64,000 bases of DNA from Planctomycetota bacterium (GTDB taxonomy: Bacteria; Planctomycetota; UBA1135; UBA2386). Below, piece after piece: positions 10,277-19,855 of the stretch (positions are counted from its first letter, which is position 1; every line of letters begins with the position of its first letter). The notes under the pieces were generated by a model that was not told where the DNA came from, did no database searches, and saw nothing but the letters and a program-made list of their open reading frames with translations. The DNA lies in contig OZ245838.1 of NCBI GenBank assembly GCA_965228735.1, forward strand, positions 1,152,001 through 1,216,000, given 5' to 3'. The position numbers and the translations under genes are program-made.

Positions 10277-11578
10277 ATGGAGATCGAAGTCCAGGAACGA
10301 GAGGGAGCGGCGTTCGTCGCGTTGGTGCTGTGTGGCGGTCTCGGCACGCGGCTGCGGCCGACGATCAGCGACCGGCCGAAGCCCCTCGCGCCGGTGGCCG
10401 ACGAACCGTTCCTCGTCCACGTCCTCGACCAGCTCGTCGCCGCCGGTTGCGCGCGCGCGATCCTGTGCACGGGGCACCTCGGGGACCAGATCGAGGCCGC
10501 GTTCGGCACGGATCACGACGGCATGGTGCTCACGTATTCGCGCGAGCCCGAACCGCTGGGGACGGCCGGAGCACTCGCGCTCGCGCGATCCCACCTCGAC
10601 GGCGAGGGGGCCGTCGTGATGAACGGCGACTCGTTCGTCGACGTCGACCTGCGGCAGTTCGTCGCGTTCGCGCGCCGCGCCGAGAGCTGCGCCGCCATCG
10701 TCACGACGACCGTCGGTCCCGAGGGCGCGACGCGCTACGGAGCGGTGAAGGTCGACGGCGCGGGCCTCGTCACGCGCTTCTGCGAGAAGGGCGCCGAACA
10801 AGGCGCCCGACCGGGCGACGGCCCAGTGCGGATCAACGCCGGCATCTACTGGTTCGGTGCGGACGTCCTGAGAGCGATCCCGTCCAGCGGCCCCGTGTCC
10901 CTCGAACGCGAGGTCCTGCCGCCACTCGCGGCCGGTGACGACCTCGCGGCGTTCACGACGGCGGCGGCATTCCTCGACATCGGTGTGCCGTCGGACTACG
11001 CCCGCGCCCCGGCGTTCTTCCAGGCGCTCGAGATCGGGCGGCAACGACCGCGACGCGGTCTGCTCGTGGTAGACCGCGACGGCACACTGATCGAGGAGAA
11101 GCACTACCTCGCCGACCCGGCGGGGGTCGCGATCCTGCCGGGCGTCGTGGAGGGGCTGCGGTCGTTCTGCGCGCAGGGCTACGACGTCGCGATCGTGACC
11201 AACCAGTCCGGCATCGGCCGCGGCTACTTCGACGCCGCGGCCGCCGACGCCGTGAACGCGGAGGTGCTGCGCCGCCTCGACGAGGCCGGCATCCCGATCC
11301 GTGGCGTCTACGTGTGTCCGCACGCGCCCGATGCCGGCTGCGACTGCCGCAAGCCTGCTCCGGGGTTGGCGACCCGCGCCCTCACGGACCTCGGCTATTC
11401 ACCCGACGACTGCCTCGTCGTCGGCGACAAGCGGTGCGACATCGACCTCGGCGCCCGTCTCGGAACGCGCACGGCTCTCGTGCGGACCGGCTACGGCACC
11501 GCCACGGAGCGCGATGCGATGTGTGCGCCGGATGTGGTCGTCGACGGGCTCGTCGAACTCGCGGAGTGGGCGCGATGA
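10277..11578 (+). CDS. gmhB: Fusion of HddC-like heptose-1-phosphate nucleotidyltransferase and GmhB-like HAD phosphatase
   Basis: N-terminal CGGLGTRLR...PKPLAPV, EPLGTAGA, NGDS, FLDIGVP; C-terminal DRDGTL, TNQSGIGRG, CPH...CDCRKP, VGDK. Confidence 0.9.
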   Translation: MEIEVQEREGAAFVALVLCGGLGTRLRPTISDRPKPLAPVADEPFLVHVLDQLVAAGCARAILCTGHLGDQIEAAFGTDHDGMVLTYSREPEPLGTAGALALARSHLDGEGAVVMNGDSFVDVDLRQFVAFARRAESCAAIVTTTVGPEGATRYGAVKVDGAGLVTRFCEKGAEQGARPGDGPVRINAGIYWFGADVLRAIPSSGPVSLEREVLPPLAAGDDLAAFTTAAAFLDIGVPSDYARAPAFFQALEIGRQRPRRGLLVVDRDGTLIEEKHYLADPAGVAILPGVVEGLRSFCAQGYDVAIVTNQSGIGRGYFDAAAADAVNAEVLRRLDEAGIPIRGVYVCPHAPDAGCDCRKPAPGLATRALTDLGYSPDDCLVVGDKRCDIDLGARLGTRTALVRTGYGTATERDAMCAPDVVVDGLVELAEWAR

Positions 11579-12771
11579 TCGTCAGCCGCACCCCGTTCCG
11601 CGTGTCCTTCTTCGGTGGCGGCACCGACTATCCGGGCTGGTATCGCCAACACGGTGGCGCGGTCATCTCGACGACGATCGACAAGTACTGCTACCTGAGC
11701 TGCCGCTACCTGCCGCCGTTCTTCGACTATCGCTACCGCGTCGTCTGGTCCAAGGTCGAGAACTGCCGCACGGTGCAGGAGATCGAGCACCCCGTCGTGC
11801 GTTGCCTGATCCAGCACCTGCGGATCGATCGCGGGATCGAGGTGCACCACGTCGGCGACCTGCCGGCGCGCAGCGGCATGGGGTCGAGCTCGGCGTTCAC
11901 CGTCGGACTGCTGCACGCGTTGCATGCGCTGCAGGGTCGGATGGTGAGCAAGCCCGAGCTGATGAACGAGGCGATCCACATCGAGCAGGACCTCCTGCAG
12001 GAAGTGGTCGGTTCGCAGGATCAGGCGTCGGCCGCGTGGGGCGGCTTCAACAAGATCGCCTTCGACCCGAGCGGGCAGATCCAGGTGCATCCGATCGTGC
12101 TGCGGCCCGGCCGTCAGGAAGAGCTCGACGGCAACCTCATGCTGTTCTACACGGGCATCGTGCGGACCGCGGCCAAGGTCGCGTCCGGCTACGTCGGCGA
12201 GCTGTCGCAGCGTCGCCGACAGCTGCGCGTGTTGCGGGATCTCGTCGACGAGGGGATCGATTTGCTCGCCTCGGATGGGGCGATCGATGACTTCGGCGTG
12301 CTGCTCGACGAGGCGTGGCAACTCAAGCGCAGCCTTGGCGACGGCGTGAGCAACTCCGAGGTCGACACGATCTACGCCCGGGCCCGCGAGGCCGGCGCGA
12401 TCGGCGGCAAGGTGCTGGGAGCGGGCGGCGGCGGCTTCCTGCTGCTGTACGTGCCCACGAGCCGGCAGAACGAGGTGCTCACGGCGTTCCCCGACCTCGT
12501 GCACGTGCCGTTCTCGTTCGAGTCGTCGGGGAGCCAGGTGATCTTCTACGACCGGGAACAGGACTTCTCGATGGCCGAGGCCGCCCACCGTGGCCGCCTC
12601 ATCCGCCCGTTCCGCGAGCTCGGGGCCGAATCGGAACCGACAGCCGCGACCCCTCCCGGACCCGGTCCAGATCACACCGCGGCCACGGGGACCTGGCCGA
12701 TTCCGTATCCGATCGCAGCCCCCGCGCTCGATCCCGCAGGCAGGAGCAAGACCGATGGCAAGCTCGATTGA
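11575..12771 (+). CDS. hddA: D-glycero-alpha-D-manno-heptose-7-phosphate kinase (GHMP family)
   Basis: SRTPFRVSFFGGGTDY, DLPARSGMGSSS, GSQDQ, GGKVLGAGGGGF; adjacent to the hddC-gmhB fusion. Confidence 0.9.
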   Translation: MIVSRTPFRVSFFGGGTDYPGWYRQHGGAVISTTIDKYCYLSCRYLPPFFDYRYRVVWSKVENCRTVQEIEHPVVRCLIQHLRIDRGIEVHHVGDLPARSGMGSSSAFTVGLLHALHALQGRMVSKPELMNEAIHIEQDLLQEVVGSQDQASAAWGGFNKIAFDPSGQIQVHPIVLRPGRQEELDGNLMLFYTGIVRTAAKVASGYVGELSQRRRQLRVLRDLVDEGIDLLASDGAIDDFGVLLDEAWQLKRSLGDGVSNSEVDTIYARAREAGAIGGKVLGAGGGGFLLLYVPTSRQNEVLTAFPDLVHVPFSFESSGSQVIFYDREQDFSMAEAAHRGRLIRPFRELGAESEPTAATPPGPGPDHTAATGTWPIPYPIAAPALDPAGRSKTDGKLD

Positions 12772-13738
12772 TCCCGAACGCCCCTCCACGATCAAGCGCG
12801 AGGACGCGCGGTGGATGCTCCAGCGGATGCGGCTCGTCCGCCAGGTCAGCGAGCGCATCGCGGCGCTCTATCCGACGGACGTGATGGAGACGCCGGTGCA
12901 TCTCTGCATCGGTCAGGAAGCCGTGTCCGTCGGGCTCTGCCGCCATCTCCGTGATGCCGACAAGCTCTTCCTCGGCCATCGCACGCACGGTCCGGCGCTC
13001 GCGAAGGGCCTGCCGCTGCGCCGGCTCATGGCGGAGCTCTACGGCCGCACGACGGGCTGCTCGCACGGCTTCGGCGGCTCGATGCACCTGATCGACCTCG
13101 AGCACGGTTTGCCCGGCTCGTCCGCGATCGTCGGCGGCAGCATCGCGCTCGGCGTCGGCGCCGGCCTCGCCGCGAGCCTCATGGCCCAGCGGAGCGGCGC
13201 GACCACACCCGACTTCATCGGCGTCTCCTACTTCGGCGACGCGGCCACGAACGCGGGCGTGTTCTACGAGAGTCTCAACTTCGCGGCGCTGCGGCGCCTG
13301 CCGGTCGTTTTCCTCTGCGAGGACAACGGCTACTCGAACGTGATGCCGAAGAGCGCGCATTCGGCGCACGACATCGTGAGCCTGGCGGCCCAGTTCATGC
13401 CGAGCTTGCGGGCGGACGGCACCGACGTGCTGTCCGTCTACGACCAGGCCGGTGAGGCCGTGGCGCGGGCGCGCAGCGGTGCCGGCCCAGTTTTTCTGCA
13501 CTGCGAGACCAAGCGCTGGATGAAGCACCAGGGCCACGAGGCGTGTGACGTGCGCGAGGACATCGATCGCGATCGTGATTGCCCGATCCGAAAGCTCGAG
13601 GGGTTCATGCTCTCGAGCGGAATGGCGACGGCGGGCGAGCTCGCCGCGATTCGCGGCGAGATCGAGTCCGAGATCGACGTCGCGATCGAGTTCGCCGAGA
13701 GCTCGCCCCGCCCCGACCCTGCGATCCTGGAGGTCTGA
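12755..13738 (+). CDS. TPP-dependent dehydrogenase E1 alpha-like subunit
   Basis: HLCIGQEA, HRTHG, GGSMHL, TPP-binding GDAATNAG...EDN. Confidence 0.9.
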   Translation: MASSIDPERPSTIKREDARWMLQRMRLVRQVSERIAALYPTDVMETPVHLCIGQEAVSVGLCRHLRDADKLFLGHRTHGPALAKGLPLRRLMAELYGRTTGCSHGFGGSMHLIDLEHGLPGSSAIVGGSIALGVGAGLAASLMAQRSGATTPDFIGVSYFGDAATNAGVFYESLNFAALRRLPVVFLCEDNGYSNVMPKSAHSAHDIVSLAAQFMPSLRADGTDVLSVYDQAGEAVARARSGAGPVFLHCETKRWMKHQGHEACDVREDIDRDRDCPIRKLEGFMLSSGMATAGELAAIRGEIESEIDVAIEFAESSPRPDPAILEV

Positions 13739-13739
13739 G

Positions 13740-14801
13740 ATGCCCTGGAGCCGATTCGACCGTGACTACGCCGCCCCGTCCGGGGGTGAGCGCGAGCTGA
13801 GCTACTGCGCGGCGCTGCGCGAGGCGATCGATCAGGCGATGACGATCGATCCGCGCGTGTTCGCGATCGGGCTGGACGCCGACGACAAGTTCGGCGTCTT
13901 CGGCTCGATGCACGACCTGACGCATCCCGAACGCGTGCTCGGCACGCCGATCTCGGAGAACGCCATGACGGGGGTCGCCCTCGGCGCGGCGCTCAGCGGT
14001 CTGCGACCGATCCACGTGCACCTGCGGAACGACTTCCTCATGGTCGCGATGGATCAGATCGTGAACTACGTCGCGAAGTGGCAGGACATGTTCGACCACC
14101 AGGTCGACGTCCCGCTCGTGATCCGATCCGTCGTGGGTCGCGGCTGGGGCTGCGGCGCCCAGCACTCGCAGACGCTGCACGGCATGTTCGCGCAGATCCC
14201 CGGGCTCAAGGTCATCACGCCCAGCACGCCGTACGACGCCAAGGGCCTCATGCTGTCCGCGGTCAAGGACGACTCGCCCGTGCTCTTCTTCGAGCATCGC
14301 TGGCTCTACAAGAACACCGGCGCCGTGCCCGCGGAGGCCTACACGCTGCCGATCGGCAAGGCCGCGCACCTGCGCCGTGGCAACTCGCTGACGGTAGTCG
14401 CGCCGTCGCTCGCGGCGATCCACGTCCTCAAGGCGTGTGAGCTCGGCGGCCTCGACGTCGACGTCATCGACCCGCGCACGATCAAGCCGCTCGATCTCGA
14501 GACCATCGTCGAGTCCGTCGAGCGCACGGGCCGCCTCATGGTGGTGGACTACGACTTCCCGTTCGCGGGCTTCGCCGCCGAGGTCTGCGCGGCCGTGACG
14601 GAACGCGCGTTCGACTCGCTCCGGCAACCGCCGCAGCGGATCGCGTTCCCCGACCGCGGGATGCCGTCCAGTGGCGTCCTCGAGCGCCGCTACTACCCGA
14701 CCCCCGAACGCATCGCCGATGCGATCACGGCCATGCTGCAGGGCGACAACTCGGACGCCACGATCGCTGCCGACGACCTGACGCCCGCCGGCCGTTCCTG
14801 A
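13740..14801 (+). CDS. TPP-dependent dehydrogenase E1 beta-like (transketolase C-terminal) subunit
   Basis: TPISENAMTGVALGAA, AMDQIVN, GAQHSQ, PSTPYDAKGL, DPRTIKPLD, TGRLMVVD. Confidence 0.9.
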   Translation: MPWSRFDRDYAAPSGGERELSYCAALREAIDQAMTIDPRVFAIGLDADDKFGVFGSMHDLTHPERVLGTPISENAMTGVALGAALSGLRPIHVHLRNDFLMVAMDQIVNYVAKWQDMFDHQVDVPLVIRSVVGRGWGCGAQHSQTLHGMFAQIPGLKVITPSTPYDAKGLMLSAVKDDSPVLFFEHRWLYKNTGAVPAEAYTLPIGKAAHLRRGNSLTVVAPSLAAIHVLKACELGGLDVDVIDPRTIKPLDLETIVESVERTGRLMVVDYDFPFAGFAAEVCAAVTERAFDSLRQPPQRIAFPDRGMPSSGVLERRYYPTPERIADAITAMLQGDNSDATIAADDLTPAGRS

Positions 14802-14823
14802 GTCTCGACGTTCCCGACGCACG

Positions 14824-16362
14824 ATGAGCAAGCCCGCCCTCGATGTCCTGTTCGTGAATCCCGGCGGCCAGCGTCGGATCTACCAGAACCTGAGCCAGAA
14901 CCTCGCGGCGAAGGAACCGCCGATCTGGGCCGGGCTGCTGGCGACGTACCTGCGCCAGAAGGAGCGCACGGTCGCGATCCTCGACGCCAACGCGCTCGAT
15001 CTGTCGCCCGAGGAGGTCGCCGAGCGGGTTGCCGAGCTGCAGCCCCTGCTCACCGTCGTCGTCGTCTACGGCCACAACCCCAACGCGTCGACGTTCGCGA
15101 TGCCGGGCGCAGGCGCGGTCTGCACGGCGATCAAGCAGCACGATCCCACGGCCCAGGTCGCGCTGCTCGGCGGCCACGTCGCGGCGTTGCCGAGCCGCAC
15201 GCTCGCGGAGGAGGCCGTCGACTTCGTCGTCGGCGGCGAGGGCGCGGTCACACTGGACCAGCTCGTCGGTGCCCTGCGCGGCAACCAGAGCCGCCCCGAG
15301 CTGCACAAGGTCAAGGGGCTGTGGTGGCACCACGAGAGCGCCCAGGTGCAGAACGCGCCGGCACCGCTCGTCCGCGACCTCGCGACCGAGATGTCGGGCA
15401 TGGCGTGGGACCTGCTCGACATGACGCGGTATCGCGCCCACAACTGGCACTGCTTCGGGCGCGAGAACCGCGAACCGTACGCCGCGCTCTACACGACGCT
15501 CGGGTGTCCGTTCACCTGCACGTTCTGCTGCATCCAGGCGCCGTTCAAGTCGGGGGAGGCCGCGGCCGGCTTCGACCCGAAGCAGAACAGCTATCGCCGA
15601 TTCGATCCCGACCACGTCGTCGAGCAGATCACGATGCTCTGGCGCGATCACGGCGTGCAGAACATCAAGATCGCCGACGAGCTCTTCCTGCTCGATCGCA
15701 AGCACGTGACGCGCGTCTGCGAGGGGCTCGCTGCCCTGAACAAGGACTGCGACGCGGATCTCAACATCTGGGCCTACGCGCGGGTCGACACCTGCCGCGA
15801 CGGGGAGCTGCTCGAGCTGATGCGCGCCGCCGGCGTCCGCTGGCTCGCGATCGGCATCGAGTCGGCAAATGAACGCGTTCGCGCGGACGTCGACAAGGGC
15901 TACCGACCCGAGGCCATCGAGCGCGCGATCGGCCTCGTGCGCGCGGCCGGCATCCACGTGATGGGGAACTACATCTTCGGGCTGCCCGAGGACGACCTCG
16001 AGTCGATGCAACAGACGCTCGACTTCAGCAAGTCGCTGAACACCGAGTTCGCGAACTTCTTCTCGGCGATGGCGTACCCGGGCTCGCAGCTCTACCGCGA
16101 AGCGACCGAGAAGAACTGGCCGCTGCCGGACTCGTGGGCCGGCTACTCCCAGCACAGCAAGTCCTGCCTGCCCCTGCCGACCCGGCACCTGTCGGGCGGC
16201 GAGGTGCTCGCGTTCCGCGACCGGGCGTTCGTCGACTACTTCGACCGCGATGAGTATCGCGCGATGGTGCGGGCGACGTTCGACCCAAGGGCCGAGGCCG
16301 CGATCGACGCGATGCTCGGCCACAGCCTCGAGCGCGACCACGGCGCGACCCAGAAGGTGTGA
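14824..16362 (+). CDS. Cobalamin-binding radical SAM protein (class B methyltransferase-like)
   Basis: N-terminal B12-binding-like domain (LGGH, GGEG); CxxxCxxC as GCPFTCTFC; IGIES, YIFGLP, YPGSQLY. Confidence 0.9.
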   Translation: MSKPALDVLFVNPGGQRRIYQNLSQNLAAKEPPIWAGLLATYLRQKERTVAILDANALDLSPEEVAERVAELQPLLTVVVVYGHNPNASTFAMPGAGAVCTAIKQHDPTAQVALLGGHVAALPSRTLAEEAVDFVVGGEGAVTLDQLVGALRGNQSRPELHKVKGLWWHHESAQVQNAPAPLVRDLATEMSGMAWDLLDMTRYRAHNWHCFGRENREPYAALYTTLGCPFTCTFCCIQAPFKSGEAAAGFDPKQNSYRRFDPDHVVEQITMLWRDHGVQNIKIADELFLLDRKHVTRVCEGLAALNKDCDADLNIWAYARVDTCRDGELLELMRAAGVRWLAIGIESANERVRADVDKGYRPEAIERAIGLVRAAGIHVMGNYIFGLPEDDLESMQQTLDFSKSLNTEFANFFSAMAYPGSQLYREATEKNWPLPDSWAGYSQHSKSCLPLPTRHLSGGEVLAFRDRAFVDYFDRDEYRAMVRATFDPRAEAAIDAMLGHSLERDHGATQKV

Positions 16363-16365
16363 GGC

Positions 16366-17745
16366 GTGGGGGAGGCCGCGCGAACGGTCCTGCTCGTCAT
16401 GTACGGGTGGGACGACAGCGGCGGCGGCACGATGCTGCCGCGCGCCTTCGCGCACGAACTCGCGCAGCAGGGTGATCGGGTCATCGTGTTCTCCGCGGCG
16501 GCGCGACGTTCGGCCGAGCTGCCGGACTACGGGACGCGCGTCACCGACGTCGACGGCGTGCTGCACATCGCGCTGCACAATCGCCGAGCCGACTTCATGG
16601 CCACGGCAGCGCCGCTCGACGACATCGACGACCCCGGGGCGCGGAGCGCCTTCGCGGCCGTGCTCGACGACCACCGCCCCGACGTCGTGCACTTCTGGAA
16701 CCTGCACGGCCTCTCGATGGCGCTGCCCGCCGAGTGCAAGACGCGTTCGATCCCGACCGTTCTCAGCACGAACAACTACTGGTCGATCTGTCCGCGCCTC
16801 TACCTCGTGAGCGAACGGCTCGAGCGCTGCGACGGCCCGAGCGCGTGCGGGACGCGATGTCGCACCTGCCTCGGCGAGGTCGCCCCGGCCGCCGAGTACG
16901 GCGATCGGCGGGCGGCCGGCGTCCGGATGCTGCGGTCGGGGATCGATCTCCACCTCGCCGTCTCACGCCGGGTCCGCGACCTGCACGTGCAGAACGGCGA
17001 CGACCCCGACCACGTTCGCGTGCTAGCTCAGGAGCCGCCGAACGTGACCGCGATCTGGGAACGCACGGGTTCGACCCGTGCCCTGGGCTGCCCGAGCGGT
17101 CGGCCGCTGCGCGTCGGCTTCATCGGCTCGGTGATGCCGCACAAGGGCGTGCACGTGCTCGCCGCGGCGCTCCAGCGGCTGCCCGTCGGCGCCGTGGAGG
17201 CCGTCGCGCTCGGCGACGTCACCGCGGATTACCTGCAGGTGCTGCAGGGCATCGATCCGGCGGGGCGACTCCAGCTCACCGGCCGGTACGACGCGGCCCG
17301 GTTGCCCGAGCTGCTCGCGGCGCTCGACGTCGTCGTCGTGCCGTCGGTCTGGGACGACTGCGCGCCGTTCGTCGTCGCGGAAGCGCTCGCGGCGCGCTGC
17401 CCGGTGGTGGGAGCGCGGATCGGCGGCATTCCGGACTTCGTCACCGACGGCGAGAACGGGCTGCTCTGCGCTCCGGGTGACGCGGAGGGCCTCGCGCGCG
17501 CCCTCACGCGGCTCGTCGAAGACCGCGAACTGCTGCCGCAGCTGCAGCTCGGGATCGCGCCCCCGCGCGGACTCGCGCGCTTCACGGCCGACGTGCGCGA
17601 GTGTTACGCCGAGCTGACCGGCACCGGCCGGCGGGCCGCCGGCAGCAGCGCCAGCGCGGCGAGCGCCACGGCGATGGCCGAGGCCAGCAGCGTGAGTTCG
17701 AGTCCATGCGAGGAGCCGGGACCCGCGCCCCTGCCCTGCTCGTAG
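16366..17745 (+). CDS. Glycosyltransferase family 4 (GT-B)
   Basis: SGGG, PDVVHFWN, GFIGSVMPHKGVH, VVPSVWDDCAPFVVAEALAARCPVV, GGIPD; last ~47 codons overlap arsJ on the opposite strand. Confidence 0.88.
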   Translation: MGEAARTVLLVMYGWDDSGGGTMLPRAFAHELAQQGDRVIVFSAAARRSAELPDYGTRVTDVDGVLHIALHNRRADFMATAAPLDDIDDPGARSAFAAVLDDHRPDVVHFWNLHGLSMALPAECKTRSIPTVLSTNNYWSICPRLYLVSERLERCDGPSACGTRCRTCLGEVAPAAEYGDRRAAGVRMLRSGIDLHLAVSRRVRDLHVQNGDDPDHVRVLAQEPPNVTAIWERTGSTRALGCPSGRPLRVGFIGSVMPHKGVHVLAAALQRLPVGAVEAVALGDVTADYLQVLQGIDPAGRLQLTGRYDAARLPELLAALDVVVVPSVWDDCAPFVVAEALAARCPVVGARIGGIPDFVTDGENGLLCAPGDAEGLARALTRLVEDRELLPQLQLGIAPPRGLARFTADVRECYAELTGTGRRAAGSSASAASATAMAEASSVSSSPCEEPGPAPLPCS

Positions 17746-18824
17746 AGGTACCCCGACAGCAGCAGTCCGGCGAGCCGGCCACCCGCGTTCGCGGCGTAGT
17801 AGAACCCGACCCGTTCGACGACGGTGTCGGCGCCGGCGAGCGCCACCACGAGCCAGCTGTGCAAACTGCTCGTCAGCGCGAAGAGCGCGCCGTAGATCAG
17901 CAACCCGGCGAGCGTGACGGCGCGCGGCAGATCGAAGTGCAGGCCGGCCCACGTCCACCCGAGCGGCAGCAGCAGGGCCACGGTCACGATCACCGTCCGC
18001 CGCAGCCCGACGTCCGTCCGGTCCGTGCGCACCAGCCGCGGCGCGAGCGCCTGCACGAGCCCGTAGCCGATGACCCAGAGCGCGAGGAACGCGCCGACCC
18101 ACGTCGAGGTCCAGCTCCACGACGAGACCAGGAAGAGCGGCAACGCGACGGCGAACCACGCGTCGCGCGAACCGAACAGGAAGAGCCGGGCGGCGGCGAG
18201 CCAGTTCACCGCGGCGTCGTGCGCGAACACCCCACGGAACGTCGCGCCGCGCTTGCCCGGAGCGCGCGGCAGCAGGATCGCCGACAGCAGCAGCGCCAGC
18301 GCCAGGCCCGCCGCGAGCGCCGCGTTGGTGTAGCGGAAGCCGGCGGCCGCGAGCAGCGCACCGCCGACGAAGAACCCCAGGCCCTTCAGCGTGTTCTTGC
18401 TCCCCGTCATCAGCGCGACGAGCCGGAACAGCGGCCCCGACTCCGCGGCCGGCGCGAGCGCGCGCACGTAGCTCTTCGCCGCGGTCTTGGCGAAGTCCTT
18501 GGCGACCCCGGACAGCACCTGCGTCACCATGACCCAGCCGAGGGTCAGCATCGCGGCGTCGACCGTGAGCATGAGGCATGCGACGACCTGCAACAGCAGA
18601 CCCAGCAGCAGGATCGGTTTGAGCCCGAAGCGCGCGCCGGCCCAGCCGCCGACGAGATTCGTGACGATCCCCGCGACCTCGTAGGGCACGAGCAGCAGCG
18701 CGAGCGCCCATGCCGTCTGGCCCTGCGCGTGCAGGTGCAGCAGCACGAGCATGCGCAACGCGCCGTCGCTGAGCGTGAACGCCCAGTAGCTCGCGGTGAC
18801 GACGAGGAAGCCGGGGGTCTGCAC
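17604..18824 (-). CDS. arsJ: Organoarsenical (1-arseno-3-phosphoglycerate) efflux MFS transporter ArsJ
   Basis: YWAFTLSDGALRMLVLLH, LSGVAKD, LMTGSKNTLKGLGFF, RLFLFGSRDAWFAVALP, SSLHS, VGFYYAANAGGRL are ArsJ-type motifs; directly downstream of a gapdh. Confidence 0.9.
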   Translation of the reverse strand: MQTPGFLVVTASYWAFTLSDGALRMLVLLHLHAQGQTAWALALLLVPYEVAGIVTNLVGGWAGARFGLKPILLLGLLLQVVACLMLTVDAAMLTLGWVMVTQVLSGVAKDFAKTAAKSYVRALAPAAESGPLFRLVALMTGSKNTLKGLGFFVGGALLAAAGFRYTNAALAAGLALALLLSAILLPRAPGKRGATFRGVFAHDAAVNWLAAARLFLFGSRDAWFAVALPLFLVSSWSWTSTWVGAFLALWVIGYGLVQALAPRLVRTDRTDVGLRRTVIVTVALLLPLGWTWAGLHFDLPRAVTLAGLLIYGALFALTSSLHSWLVVALAGADTVVERVGFYYAANAGGRLAGLLLSGYLYEQGRGAGPGSSHGLELTLLASAIAVALAALALLPAARRPVPVSSA

Positions 18825-18836
18825 GAGCGCGGCCTG

Positions 18837-19838
18837 CTACCCGCCGGTCATCCGTTGCGCCAGATCGACGAGACGGTTGGCGTAGCCCCATTCGTTGTCG
18901 TACCAGGCGAGGACCTTCACGAGCGTGCCGTCGACGACCCGGGTCGAACCCGCGTCCACGATGCCGCTGCGCGGGTCGCCGACGAAGTCCGAACTGACGA
19001 GCGGGCGCTCCTCGTAGCCCAGGATGCCGAACAGCGGCCCCGCTTCGGCCGCGGCAGCGAGCGCCGCGTTCACCTCGTCGACCGTAGTGGGACGAGCCAT
19101 CGCGAACGCGCAGTCCGTGATCGACGCGTTCAGCACCGGCGCGCGCACCGCGATGCTGTCGAGTCGCCCTTTCAGTTCCGGGATGATCATCGTGACCGCG
19201 GTCGCGGAGTTGGTCGACGTCGGGATCAGGTTGACGAGCGCCGACCGCCCGCGGCGCGGGTCCTTGTCGGCGCGGTCCGTCACCGTCTGCGTGTTGGTCG
19301 GATCGTGGATCGTCGTGACGACGCCACGTTCGATCCCGATCGCGTCGTGCAGCACGCGGACGACGGGGGCCAGGCAGTTCGTCGTGCACGAGGCCGCCGT
19401 GACGAGCCGTTCGTTGCCGAGGTCGAACGTGTCGTGGTTGACGCCGTAGACGATGTTGGGCGCATCGTCGATCGCGTGGCTGGCGAGCACGCGGCGCGCG
19501 CCGGCAGTGAAGTGGAGTTCGGCCCGCGTCTTGTCGCGCTTGACCCGGCCGCTGCACTCGACGACGAGGTCGACCTCGCGCTCGCGCCACGGCAGCGCGT
19601 CCCAGTCGGTGGTCTGGGTCACCGTCACGGTCCGGTCACCGATCCGCAGGTCCGCGTCACCGGCCTCGACCGCCCGGCTCCAGCGGCCCTGCACGGAATC
19701 GAACTCGAGCCCGAGCGCGAGGTTCTCGACCGTGCCCGCCGGCTCGTTGAGCGCAACGACGTCGAGGCCGCGGTCGATGGCGGCGCGGCAGAAGAGACGG
19801 CCCATGCGGCCGAACCCGTTGATCGCGATGCGAGTCAC
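18837..19838 (-). CDS. gap: ArsJ-associated glyceraldehyde-3-phosphate dehydrogenase
   Basis: INGFGRMGR, ASCTTNCLAP, WYDNEWGY; 12 nt upstream of arsJ on the same strand. Confidence 0.93.
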   Translation of the reverse strand: MTRIAINGFGRMGRLFCRAAIDRGLDVVALNEPAGTVENLALGLEFDSVQGRWSRAVEAGDADLRIGDRTVTVTQTTDWDALPWREREVDLVVECSGRVKRDKTRAELHFTAGARRVLASHAIDDAPNIVYGVNHDTFDLGNERLVTAASCTTNCLAPVVRVLHDAIGIERGVVTTIHDPTNTQTVTDRADKDPRRGRSALVNLIPTSTNSATAVTMIIPELKGRLDSIAVRAPVLNASITDCAFAMARPTTVDEVNAALAAAAEAGPLFGILGYEERPLVSSDFVGDPRSGIVDAGSTRVVDGTLVKVLAWYDNEWGYANRLVDLAQRMTGG

Positions 19839-19843
19839 GGCGG

Positions 19844-19850
19844 TAGTATC
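19844..19850. promoter_or_regulatory. Putative overlapping bidirectional -10 elements (TAGTAT on +, GATACT on -) for leaderless transcripts
   Basis: Each hexamer lies exactly 6 nt before a GTG start of the divergent genes (19856 and 19838); the intergenic gap is only 17 nt. Confidence 0.5.
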
Positions 19851-19855
19851 TGGCG

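Noticed and set aside
12755..14801. Housekeeping pyruvate dehydrogenase pdhAB
   Set aside because: No E2/E3, divergent motifs, and embedded in a sugar-nucleotide operon.
18837..19838. Housekeeping glycolytic gapA
   Set aside because: Paired with arsJ and not with pgk or tpi; better explained as the arsenate-associated paralog.
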